Shown piece by piece: positions 38,000-49,100 of a stretch of 64,000 nucleotides of DNA. The notes below the pieces were generated by a model that saw nothing but the letters and a program-made list of their open reading frames with translations, was not told the origin of the DNA and did not search any database. Position 1 is the stretch's first letter. Each line of letters begins with the position of its first letter. The DNA is from Longimicrobiales bacterium (GTDB lineage Bacteria > Gemmatimonadota > Gemmatimonadetes > Longimicrobiales > Gaopeijiaceae): NCBI GenBank assembly GCA_965203485.1, contig OZ241892.1, positions 672,001-736,000 on the forward strand, given 5' to 3'. A program made the translations under genes and the position numbers.

Positions 38000-39148
38000 T
38001 CAGGCCGCGAAGATGTCCTTGAAGGCGGCGGCGAACCGGTCCATGTCCTCGTCCGTGCCCACCGACACGCGCAAGTGGTCGAGCATCGGTGGAAACGGAC
38101 GCCCGACCGCGATGCCGCGCCGGCGAAACTCGGCCCTGACCTGCGCCACGGGACGGCCCGTCCGCACCATGAAGAAGTTTGTCTCGGACGGAATGACGTG
38201 GTACCCCCACGACCGAAGCTGAGCCGTGGTGCGGTTGCGCGCGGCGATCGTGACCTCGCGAACGCGCGCTTCCGCGTCCTTGTCCTGCAGCGCGGCCGCC
38301 GCGCCCCACTTCACCAAGGCGTTGACGGTGCCCGTCGTGTACGTCGCGAGCCGCTGCAGCACGGCGGGGCGGGCAACCGCGAATCCAAGGCGCATCCCCG
38401 CCATCCCGTATATCTTCGAGAAGGTGCGGGCCACGATCACGTTGCCCCGTTCCCGCACCAAGGGCGCGACCGTCTCGTAGGACGGGTCGAGCACGAAGTG
38501 GTGGTAGGCTTCGTCCACCAGCACGGGCACGTCCTCCGGCACCGAATCGAGCAGCCGCGTCACGTCCCGCGACGGCACGACGCGTCCCGTCGGATTGTTC
38601 GGATTGCACAGGTACACGAAGCCCACGTCGCGGTAGTTGGCCTTGGCGGCCGCGATCATCGCCTCCACGTCCTGCGTCGCGTCCTCCAGCAGGGGCGCCT
38701 TGACCGCCTCGGCGTGGATGCCCGTGGCGTACGAGTAGACCGAGCCGTAGGAGGGGTCCGACCCGACCACCTTCTTGCCCGGCCCAAGGTAGGCGAGCCC
38801 GACGGCCGCGAGCACTTCCTCCGAGCCCGCGGTGAGCAGGACGTGGTCTTCGCCCACGCCCGCGTCCGCCGCCACGACCGCCCGCACGCCGGCGTCGGGA
38901 TAGCCGTATCGGTTGGCGTACTTCCAGGCATGGTTCATCGCGTCGAGGGCCGACTGCGACGGGCCGAACGGATTCTCGTTGGCCGAGAGCTTGACCAGCG
39001 CGTCGTAGTCCTGGCTCTGCTCGCGGGCGCGGGGGCGACGCGCGCAAGCTTCGCTGGCCGCCCACAGTCCCGGCGGGGCGAGCCCCACCGTGGCCGCCGC
39101 GGCCGCGCCTACGAAGAACCTGCGCCGAGACAGCGTCGTTGCGCCCAT
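38000..39148 (-). CDS. HisC-like class II aminotransferase with twin-arginine signal
   Basis: SRRRFF Tat motif; KLSANENPFGP, LCNPNNPTG, DEAY, RTFSKIYGMAGMRLG. Confidence 0.88.
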   Translation of the reverse strand: MGATTLSRRRFFVGAAAAATVGLAPPGLWAASEACARRPRAREQSQDYDALVKLSANENPFGPSQSALDAMNHAWKYANRYGYPDAGVRAVVAADAGVGEDHVLLTAGSEEVLAAVGLAYLGPGKKVVGSDPSYGSVYSYATGIHAEAVKAPLLEDATQDVEAMIAAAKANYRDVGFVYLCNPNNPTGRVVPSRDVTRLLDSVPEDVPVLVDEAYHHFVLDPSYETVAPLVRERGNVIVARTFSKIYGMAGMRLGFAVARPAVLQRLATYTTGTVNALVKWGAAAALQDKDAEARVREVTIAARNRTTAQLRSWGYHVIPSETNFFMVRTGRPVAQVRAEFRRRGIAVGRPFPPMLDHLRVSVGTDEDMDRFAAAFKDIFAA

Positions 39149-39328
39149 TCGTCCTGGTCTCCTTGCTTCTTCGCCCTGCGCGCCGACGCGGCGCAATGCG
39201 CGGCTGCCGACTCGCGTTCCACCGCCCAATCTAATGCACATGGGAGCGGGTCTCCAGAATTCGCGGAGCGTTCCGTACCGTAGCGGACGTTCGGCCGTCG
39301 CCGTCGGCCGAGCCCCCCCGGTCTTGCG

Positions 39329-39550
39329 GCCGTTCGGACGCTGGAGCCAGGGCGCCGGCGCCGGCCAGCGCTTCAACGCCGGCGCGCGCTTCTCGCTGCT
39401 CGGCCAGTCCGCGCCGGGCGCGCACTCGCACGCCACAGGCCACGCCGAGAGCCCGCGATTCATCCTCCACCTCTACGGCGAGCACGCCTCCTCGCCGCCC
39501 GAACCCCGCAACGCCGCCTCGGCCTAGCAGGCGCCATCCAGCTCAGGTAG
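39329..39550 (+). pseudogene. Decayed copy of the last ~75 codons of the giant adhesin gene (direct repeat of 53645-53882)
   Basis: Identical blocks of 55 and 38 bp; PFGRWSQ...RFILHLYGEHASS; a short deletion, a 1-nt frameshift and a CTGG-to-CTAG change; ends in the same CAGCTCAGGTAG. Confidence 0.92.
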
Positions 39551-39832
39551 AAGCCCCGGCACGGCCAGCTCGATTCGGTGGGCCGCTCGCCCGTCCGCGT
39601 CCAGCCCGGCTCCTGAATCGCCTCGCGCCGAGCGAGGCCTGGAGTTGCCACGGCATGGTGGACGTTGACCGAGCGGGGATATCCGTTATTCTTCTCGTAT
39701 CGTCGAGCGCGCCGCCGGTCGCCGCCGGACAGAGGGATGGTTGAGGGAGCCGAGAGCGAGATGAAACCCGAACCCTGGTTGCCTACGTCACGAAGCGCTC
39801 GGCCCCGGCAAGGGGCGAGCCACGTCAGGAAT

Positions 39833-39852
39833 CCCCCCCCCCCCCCCCCCCC
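39833..39852 (+). repeat. Poly-C tract (C20) in the adhesin leader
   Basis: GGAAT-C20-TTGCG; the paralogous leader has C18. Confidence 0.95.
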
Positions 39853-39987
39853 TTGCGTTTGGCCAGTCGAAGCGTTCGGCTCCCACCCGATGGGGTAGGG
39901 AGGGCCGCGCGACCGGGGCGCGCCCGGCCTGGCGTCCACGAGCGCCGGCTCCCGACCCGCCGCTTCACGTCCGCGTAGCGCGGCTGG

Positions 39988-40015
39988 TTGACCAAGGTGC
40001 CTTTGTTTTTATCTT
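39988..40015 (+). promoter_or_regulatory. Putative sigma70 promoter for the adhesin
   Basis: TTGACC-N16-TATCTT in an AT-rich patch. A second TTGACC-N16-TATTCT lies at 39665-39692. Confidence 0.45.
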
Positions 40016-40109
40016 TCCCCCGTTCGTCGCGTGCGGCAAGTCTTCACGTTCCTGGCCGGACACCGTGGATTTGTGCTTGCCGTCATCTTCTTCTCGAATG
40101 AGGCAGAGC

Positions 40110-43100
40110 ATGAGTACGCATGAGGCCCGTAAAGCTGAGACGAGGCCGACGCCCCTCCGGCCGACTGGCTGGCTGGCCCGAGCGATGCCGGTAGCGCGAA
40201 CCTCGCTCGCGGCCCTCGGCCTGCTGGCGGCGTTCGGGACCACGGCGCCGGCGCCGCTGAGCGCCCAAACCACGCCGCCGGCGGTGAGCGGCGTGGGCAT
40301 CACGAGCGACGCGGGGAGCGACAGCACGTACGTGGAGGGCGACACGATCAAGGTTTTGGTAGTGTTCAGCGAGTCGGTGGACGTGACGGGCACGCCGCAG
40401 TTGGCGCTGACGGTGGACACGATGACGCGTCAGGCGAGCTACGTGTCGGGCACGGGGAACGATTCGTTGGCGTTCCACTACGTGTTGCCGGTGACGTCGA
40501 CGGACCGGGACGCTGACGGGATCAGCATAGCGGCGAGCGCGCTGGCTCTGAACGGCGGTACGATTCGGCGGGCGGGCGGTACGGTGGATGCGGTTCTGGG
40601 GTTGGGCGCCCACGCGGTCAGCAACGACAGGAACCATCAAGTTGCGCGTAGGCCGGCGATGGCGCCGATACATTTCCAGACGAATCCGGCGAGCGACCAG
40701 ACGTTCGCAGCGGGGGAGGTGGTCCATCTGCGGATCACGTGGACCGACCGCGTGGACAAGCCGAACTGGCAGGCGATGAGGTTGGCGATCGAGATTGGCG
40801 AGGACACGGTGACGGCGATTCCGCACCAGCAGAACCCTTGGGCGGTATGGTTTCGGTACACGGTGACGGAGGCCGACTTGGACGAGAACGGGATAAGCTT
40901 GCCGGAGAACGCGTTGACGAACATCGGCAGCGTCAGGCTCGAGGGCACGTTGGTCGAGGCGGACAACGATCTTTCGGCCGTGACATTGACGGATACGGCG
41001 ACTCACAAGGTGAACGGCGCGAAGGCGGTGCCTCACGTGACGAACACGACGATTGAGAGCGATGCGGGGAACGACAGCACGTACGCGCGCGGCGACGTGA
41101 TCGAGATCGGCATCTGGTTCAACGAGGACGTGGACGTGACGGGCTCGCCGCGCCTGGCGATGGCGGTCGGGACGGAGACGCGGCAAGCGGTCTATTTTGC
41201 GGGGACGGGCGGCAGTTCGCTGGTGTTCCGGTACGAGGTTGGGCCTGGGGATGTGGACACGAACGGGATCAGCATCGGGTCGGAGGCGTTGACGTTGAAC
41301 GGCGGGACGATCCGGCGGGCGGGGTCGGCGACGGTGAACGCGTACCTGGGCTTGCGGGTCCACAGGGTCGCCGACGCCGACACGCACAAGGTGGACGGTA
41401 CGGCGGGGCCGCCTGCCGTGACGAAGGTGCTGGTCACGAGCGATGCGGGTACGGACAGCACGTATGCGGCGAACGACACGGTACAAGTAGCGGTGGTGTT
41501 CAACGAGAGCGTGGACGTGACGGGCACGCCGCGAGTGGCGCTGGGGATTGGTTTGCAGACGCGGCAGGCGAGCTACGCGGGCGGTACGGGGACGGATTCG
41601 CTGACGTTCCGGTACGTGGTGGCGAGCGGCGACGCGGACGCGGACGGGTTGAGCATCGGGGCGAGCGCTTTGGCTTTGAACGGGGGCACGATCAAGCGGG
41701 CGGGCGCGGCGGTGGACGCGACGCTGTCGACGGCGAACTTCGTTGTTGTGAACGCGGCGGCGCACAAGGTACTGGGCTCGGGCGCGACTATCGTGACGGG
41801 CACGTCGTTCGCGAGCGACGCGGGGACGGACAGCATCTACGTGGAGGGGGACACGGTCGCGGTGGAAGTCGTGTTCAACCAAGCGGTGGACGTGACGGGG
41901 ACGCCGCAGCTGGCGCTGGTTCTGTCGGCGGTGCGGCAGGCGAGCTACGTGTCTGGGACGGGCACGACAACGCTGACGTTCAAGTACGTCGTGGCGGCGG
42001 GGGACTCTGACACGAACGGGATCAGCTACGGGCGGAATGCGCTGACGCTGAACGGCGGTACGATCAGAAGGGCGGGCACGGCGGTGGACGTGTACTTGAG
42101 CTTGTGGACTCACGTCGCGACGGACGACAGAGCTCATCGCGTGTGGGAGATACCGAAGGTATCGAGCGTTTCGATTCCCAGCAGCGCGGGCGCCGACCAG
42201 ACGTGGGCGAGCGGCGACATCATCGACTTCTTCGTGGTGTTCGACCGGGCCATAGCGGCGTCGGTCACGGCGTCGTCGGGCATACATCTGACGATTGGGG
42301 AGGACGTCCGCTCGGGTTACATACACAACGTGAACACTGGCACGAGAACCTTGCACTGGCGGTACGTTCCGGTGCAGGCCGACTTGGACGCGGACGGGCT
42401 GAGCGTCGACAGCGTCACGTTTGGCGGGAGCGACTACGTCAGGACGGCTGGGGCGCCGGCGGGCGCGGCGAACGCCAACTTGGACTTCACGCCGATCGCG
42501 AACGCTTCGGCGCACAAGGTGAACGGCGCACAGGCGGTGCCTCACGTGACGGGCACGGTGGTAGCGAGCGACGCGGGGAACGACAGCACGTATGCTGAGG
42601 GCGACACGATCGAGGTCGGGCTGGTGTTCAGCGAGAACGTGGACGTGACGGGGGCGCCGCGTCTGGCATTGGGGATTGGGACGGCGACGCGGCAGGCGAG
42701 GTACGTTGCGGGGACGGGCGGCGATTCGCTGGTGTTCCGGTACGTTGTGGGGGCTGGGGACGAGGACGCGGACGGATTGAGCGTGGGCGCGGGCGCGTTG
42801 GCGCTGGGCGCGGGCGGGACGATTCGGCGGGCGGGGTCGGCGACGGTGAACGCGTACTTGGGTTTGCGGGTTCACACGATCGCGAACGCTTCGGCGCACA
42901 AGGTGGCGCTCACGCCGCCGTCGGTGTCGGGCGTGTTCTTCGTGACGCCGGCGAACACGGGGTTGGCGTACGCGAGCACGGACAGCGTGTTCGGTCTTGC
43001 GGACGAGATACGCGCGGCGGTCAGCTTCGGCGTGGCGGTGACGGCGGCGGGCACGCCACAGCTGGCGTTGGGGATTGGCACGCAGACGCGGAGCGCTGTG

Positions 43101-46100
43101 CTGTGCGATACGACAGGAGCCAACGTGTTGGTGTTCTGCTACACGGTGGTGGCTGCGGACAGCGATTCGGACGGGATCAGCGTCGGCGCGAACGCATTGA
43201 CGTTGCCGGGCGGCGCGACGCTTCGAGCGACGGGGAGCACGACGGGCGCGAACTTGTCGTTGGCGCCGTGGAACTTCGCGAACTCGGCGTTGTTCCAGGT
43301 GGACGGTTCGAAGGAGGTGGCGCCTGGGGTGAGCGGTGTGGCGATTGCGAGCGACGCGGGTACGGATTCGACGTACCACCGGTTCGAGGCGATCCGAGTC
43401 GAGGTGGGGTTCGACCGTGCGGTGGACGTTGTGGGCACGCCGCAGCTGGCATTGGGGATCGGGGCGGCGACGCGGCAGGCGGGGTACGCGAGCGGGACGG
43501 GCACGAGCACGCTGACGTTCCAGTATTCTGTGGGGCCGTCGGACAGCGACGCGGACGGGGTGAGCATCGCAGCGAGCGCGTTGGCATTGAACGGCGGGAC
43601 GATCGAGATAGCGGGCGGCTCGGCGGCGGCGGCGCTGGGATTGGGCAGCCATGCGATTGCGAACGCGGCGGCGCACAAGGTGGCGGGCGACCGGCCGGTG
43701 GTGACGGGGGTGTCGTTGGGGTCGCCGGTGACGGGCGACGTGTTCGAGCGGGGCGACACGATCGAGGCGAGGGTGAGTTTCGGGCGGTGGGTGACGGTGA
43801 CGGGGACGCCGCAGCTGGCGCTGACGATCGGGACGGCGACGCGGCAGGCGAGCTACGCGTCTGGCAGCGGGTCGGGGTCGCTGGCGTTCCGGTACGTGGT
43901 GGCGTCCGGGGACGCTGACGCGGACGGGTTGAGCGTGGGCGCGGGCGCATTGGGCTTGAACGGAGGCACGATTGCGGTGACGGGCGGCACGGCGAACGCA
44001 TTGCTGGAGTTGCAGACGTGGCACGTGATCACGAACAGCGCCGGGCACAAGGTGGACGGCGGGACGTTGACGGCGGCGTCGGTGAGCGGTGTGTCGGTGG
44101 CGAGCGTTCCGTCGGGCGGCGACACGTACTTGCTGGGCGACACGATCGACGTGGCGGTGGCGTTCACGCGGCTGGTGGCGGTGACGGGGACGCCGCAGCT
44201 GGCGATCGGGATCGGGAGTTCGACGCGGCAGGCGTCGTACGCGAGCGGGACGGGGACGGACACGCTGTTGTTCCGGTACGCTGTGGTGGCTGCGGACGCG
44301 GACACGAACGGGTTGAGCATCGCGGCGGGTGCGCTGGGGCTGAACGGCGGCACGATAGCGGACGCGCGCGACGTTTCGGTTGCTGCGGGTCTGGGTTTGG
44401 GATCGAGCGCGGTTTCGAACAGTACGGGCCACAAGGTGGACGGGAGCCGCGTGCGGCCGGCTCGCGTGCTGTCGGTGACGTTGAACACCGTTCCGCCGAC
44501 GAGCCAATGGAATCAGTTCGTGGCGGGCGACTGGATGCAGGTGACGGTCGAGTTCAGCGCGGCGGTGGACGTTGTGGGCACGCCGCAGGTGGCGATCGTG
44601 ATCGGGACGGCGACTAGGCAGGCGGCGTACGCGAGCGGGACGGGGACGGCGACGCTGGTTTTTCGTTATCAGATGCACGGCTACGACCCGAGGGACGACG
44701 ACGGGATCGGCGTGGCGCGCGATGCTCTGGCTCTGAACGGCGGCACGATCCGGCGTGCGGGGAGCAGCGATGCGGCGTTGCTGGACTTTGGGCGCGCCTA
44801 CACGGGCACGGCGACGAATCCGGCGCACAGGGCGGGCGTGAGCGGGATTGCGGTGAGCAGTCCGGGTTCGGGTGGCACGTACGGTGTGGGCGAGACGATC
44901 GAGGTGACGGTGTCGTTGAGCCACACGGCCGTCCTGGTCAGCGGCGCGGGGCCGCAGTTGGCGCTGGGGATCGGGACGCAGACGCGGCAGGCGTCGATGG
45001 TGCTCGGGGGCGGCAACACCTACAACCCGCTGAGGTTCCGTTACGTGGTACAGGCGGCGGACGCTGACGCGGACGGGATCAGCATCGCGGCGAACGCGAT
45101 CACGGGCGGCAACGTGCAGTCGCAGCATTCGGTGCGGCCGCCGTTTTGGGGGTTGGGGCGGTTGGCGATTGCGAACGACGGGATGCGCAAGGTGGACGGG
45201 AGCCTTGGTGCGGTGGTGAGCGGTCTGTCGATCGGGTCGCCGCCGTCGGGCGACACGTTCGAGCGAGGCGACGCGATCGAGGTGGCGGTGGCGTTCAACC
45301 GGGCGGTGGACGTTGCGGGGACGCCGCAGCTGGCGCTGGCGGTCGACACGCTGACCAGGCAGGCGTCGTACGCGAGCGGGACGGGGACGGACACGCTGGT
45401 GTTCCGGTACGTGGTGGTGGCTGCGGACGCGGACACGCTGGGGATCAGCATAGCGGCGAACGCTTTGAGCTTGAACGGCGGGACGATACGGCAGGCGGGC
45501 GGGACGACGAACGCGGTGCTGGGGTTGGGCGGCCACGCGGTGACGAACAGCTCGGGCCACAAGGTGGACGGCGGGACGCTGACGGCGGCGTCGGTGAGCG
45601 GGGTGGCGATCACGAGCGCGCCGTCGAGCGACAGCACGTACGGACGCACGGAGCGGATCGAGGTGGCCGTCGAGTTCGTGCGCGCGGTGACGGTGACGGG
45701 GACGCCGCAGCTGGCGCTGGGGATCGGGACGGCGACGCGGCAGGCGGCGTACGCGAGCGGGAGCGGGACGCGGACGCTCGTGTTCCGGTACGTGGTGGTG
45801 GCTGCGGACGCGGACTCGACGGGGATCAGCATCGGAGCGAGCGCGCTGGCGTTGAACGGCGGCGCGATCAACGACGCGCGCGACGGCACGGCGGCGGCGA
45901 GCCTGGGTTTGGGCAGCCATGCGGTCGCGAACGATCGTTCGCACAAGGTGGACGGGAGCCTGGGCCCGCCGGGGGTGACGGGGTTGTCGATCGGTTCGCC
46001 TGCGGTGGACACGACGTTCGAGCGCGGCGAGACGATCGAGGTGTCGGTGGTGTTCAGCCGGCCGGTGGACGTGGGGGGGACGCCGCAACTGGCGCTGGGC

Positions 46101-49100
46101 ATCGGGAGCGCGACCAGGCAGGCGGACTACGCGAGCGGGACGGGGACGGACACGCTGGTGTTCCGGTACGTGGTGGTGGCGGCCGACGCGGACGCGGACG
46201 GGATCAGCATAGCGGCGGGCGCGTTGACGTTGAACGGCGGCACGATCCGGCTGGCCGGCGGGACGCTGGACGCGATGCGGGACTTGGGGGCGAACGCGGT
46301 AGTGAACAGCGCGGGCCACACGGTTGCGGGCGGGACGTTCACGACGCCTTCGGTGAGCGCGGTGACGGTGTCGAGCGCGCCAGCGAGCGCGAGCACGTAC
46401 GAGCTGGGCGAGTCTATCGAGGTGAAGGTGGCGTTCAGCCGTCCGGTGGCGGTGACGGGGACGCCGCGACTGGCTTTGGGGATCGGGACGGCGACGCGCC
46501 AGGCGGACTACGATTCGGCGTCGAGCAGTGCGGACACGCTGGTGTTCGGGTACGCGGTCCGGCCTGCGGACGTGGACGCCGACGGGCTCAGCATCGCGGC
46601 GGGCGCGCTGGCGTTGAACGGCGGGACGATCAACGACGCGCGTCCGGGCGCGACGGCTGCGAGCCTGGATTTGGGGTCGAACGCGATCACGAACGCTGCG
46701 TCGCACAAGGTGAACGGCGGGCTGGGCCCGCCCGGGGTGACGGGGTTGGCGGTGGCGCCGCCGCCGGCGGGCGCGGTGTTCGAGCGCGGCGACACGATTG
46801 TTGCGACGGTGCGGTTCAACAAGGCGGTGGACGTGACGGGCACGCCGCAGCTGGCGCTGGGGATCGGCACGCAGACGCGGCAGGCGGCGTACGCATCGGG
46901 CACGGGCACGGCGGCGCTGGTGTTCCGGTACGTGGTGGCGACGGCGGACGTGGACTTGGACGGGTTGAGCGTTGGCGCGAGCGCACTGGCTCTGAACGGC
47001 GGCACGATCGACGTGTCGGGCGGGACGACGGACGCGTTGCTGAGCCTGGAGCGCCATGCGTTCGAGAACTTCCTGGTGGTGAACGGCGGGCTGTTCACGG
47101 CGTCGTCGGCGAGCGGCGTGTCGATATCGAGCAGTCCAGCGAGCGACAGCACGTACGGTCGCACGGAGCGGATCGAGGTCGAGGTGACGTTCGACCGCGC
47201 GGTGGCAGTGACGGGCACGCCGCAGCTGGCGTTGACGATCGGCGACTCGACGCGCCAGGCGAGCTACGCGAGCGGCACGGGCACGAAGACGCTGGCGTTC
47301 GGCTACGTGGTGGTGGCTGCGGACGCGGACGCGAACGGTTTGAGCGTCGGGCCGGCCGCGCTGGCGTTGAACGGCGGTGCGATCGACGACGCGCGCGACG
47401 CGAGCGAGGCTGCGGGCCTGGGCCTGGGGAGCCATGCGATATCGAACGCTGCGGCGCACAAGGTGAACGGGAGCCTGGGGCCGCCCGGCGTGACGGGCGT
47501 GACGCTCGGCTCGCCGCCGGTGGGCACGACGTTCGAGCGGGGCGACACGATCGTGGCGGCGCTGGCGTTCAACCGGGCGGTGGACGTGACGGGCGCGCCG
47601 CAGCTGGCGCTGGGGATCGGGAGCGCGACGAAGCAGGCGGTCTACGCGAGCGGGAGCGGCACGTCGTCGCTCGAGTTCCGGTACGTGGTGGTGACGGCGG
47701 ACGTGGACGCCGACGGGTTGAGCGTCGCGACGACGGCGCTGGGATTGAACGGCGGTACGGTTCGGCTGGCCGGCGGGACGCTGGACGCGACGCTGGGGTT
47801 GGGCACGCACGCGATATCGAACAGCGCGGGCCACAAGGTTGCGGGCGGGACGTTCACGGCGTCGGGCGTGACGGGCGTGGCGGTCGCGAGCAGTCCTGCG
47901 AGCGGCGCGACGTACGGACTGGGCGAGCGGATCGAGGTTCGGGTGACGTTTGCGCGCGCTGTGGCGGTGACGGGCACGCCGCAGCTGGCGCTGGGGATCG
48001 GCGCTGCGACGCGGCAGGCGGACTACGCGGGCGGAACGGGCACGCCGCAGCTGGCGTTCGGCTACGTGGTCGTCGCGGGCGACGCCGACTCCGACGGGCT
48101 CAGCATCGGCGCGAGCGCTTTGGCGCTGAACGGCGGGACGATCGCGGACGGACGCGACGGTTCGACGGCGGCGGCGCTGGGCCTGGGGTCGAGCGCGGTC
48201 GCGGACGCTGCGGGCCACCGCGTGGACGCGACGCGCGGCCCGCCGGGGGTGATGGGCGTGACGATCGGGTCGCCGCAGGTGGGCGACACGTTCGAGCGCG
48301 GCGACACGGTCGAGGTCGAGGTCGAGTTCAACAAGCCGGTGGCGGTGACGGGCGCGCCGCAGCTGGCGCTGGGCATCGGCGCGGCGACGAAGCAGGCGGG
48401 CTACGCGGGCGGGAGCGGGACGGCTGCGCTGGCGTTCCGGTACGTGGTCGTGTCCGCCGACGCGGACGCCGACGGGCTCAGCGTCGCGGCGGGCGCGTTG
48501 GCGCTGAACGGCGGCACGATCAAGGTGTCGGGCGGCACGGCCGACGCTTTGCTGGGCCTGGGCGCGCACGCGGTGGCGAACAGCGCGGGCCACAAGGTGG
48601 CGGGCGGGACGTTCACGGCGTCGTCGCCGAGCGCGGCGTCGGTGACGAGCGCGCCGGCGAGCGGCGACACGTACGGGTTGAGCGAGCGCATCGAGGTACG
48701 GGTGACGTTCGCGCGCCCGGTCGTCGTGACGGGCGCGCCGCAGCTGGCGCTGGGCATCGGCGCTGCGACGAAGCAGGCGGGCTACGCTGGCGGCAGCGGG
48801 ACGCGCGCGCTGGTGTTCGGCTACGTGGTCGCATCCGCGGACGCGGACGCCGACGGGATCAGCGTGGGCGCGAGCGCGCTGTCGTTGAACGGCGGCGCGA
48901 TAGCCGACGCGCGCGACGGGTCGACGGCGGCCGGCCTGGGCCTGGGCTCGAGCGCGATTGCGAACGCTGGCGCGCACAAGGTGGACGGCAGCGTCGAGGG
49001 CGCGCCGGCGGTTGCGGGCGCTCGGCTGGCGAGCGCGCCGTCGGGCGGCGGGTCGTACGGACTGGGCGAGGAGATACGGGTGGCGGTGCGCTTCGACCGC

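Larger units (their letters stand above)
39665..40806 (+). repeat. Long direct repeat, copy 1 (adhesin leader plus 5' coding region)
   Basis: Matches 62861-64000. Diverged over the first ~125 bp, then no differences seen by eye except poly-C length (offset 23,194 after the tract). Confidence 0.95.
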
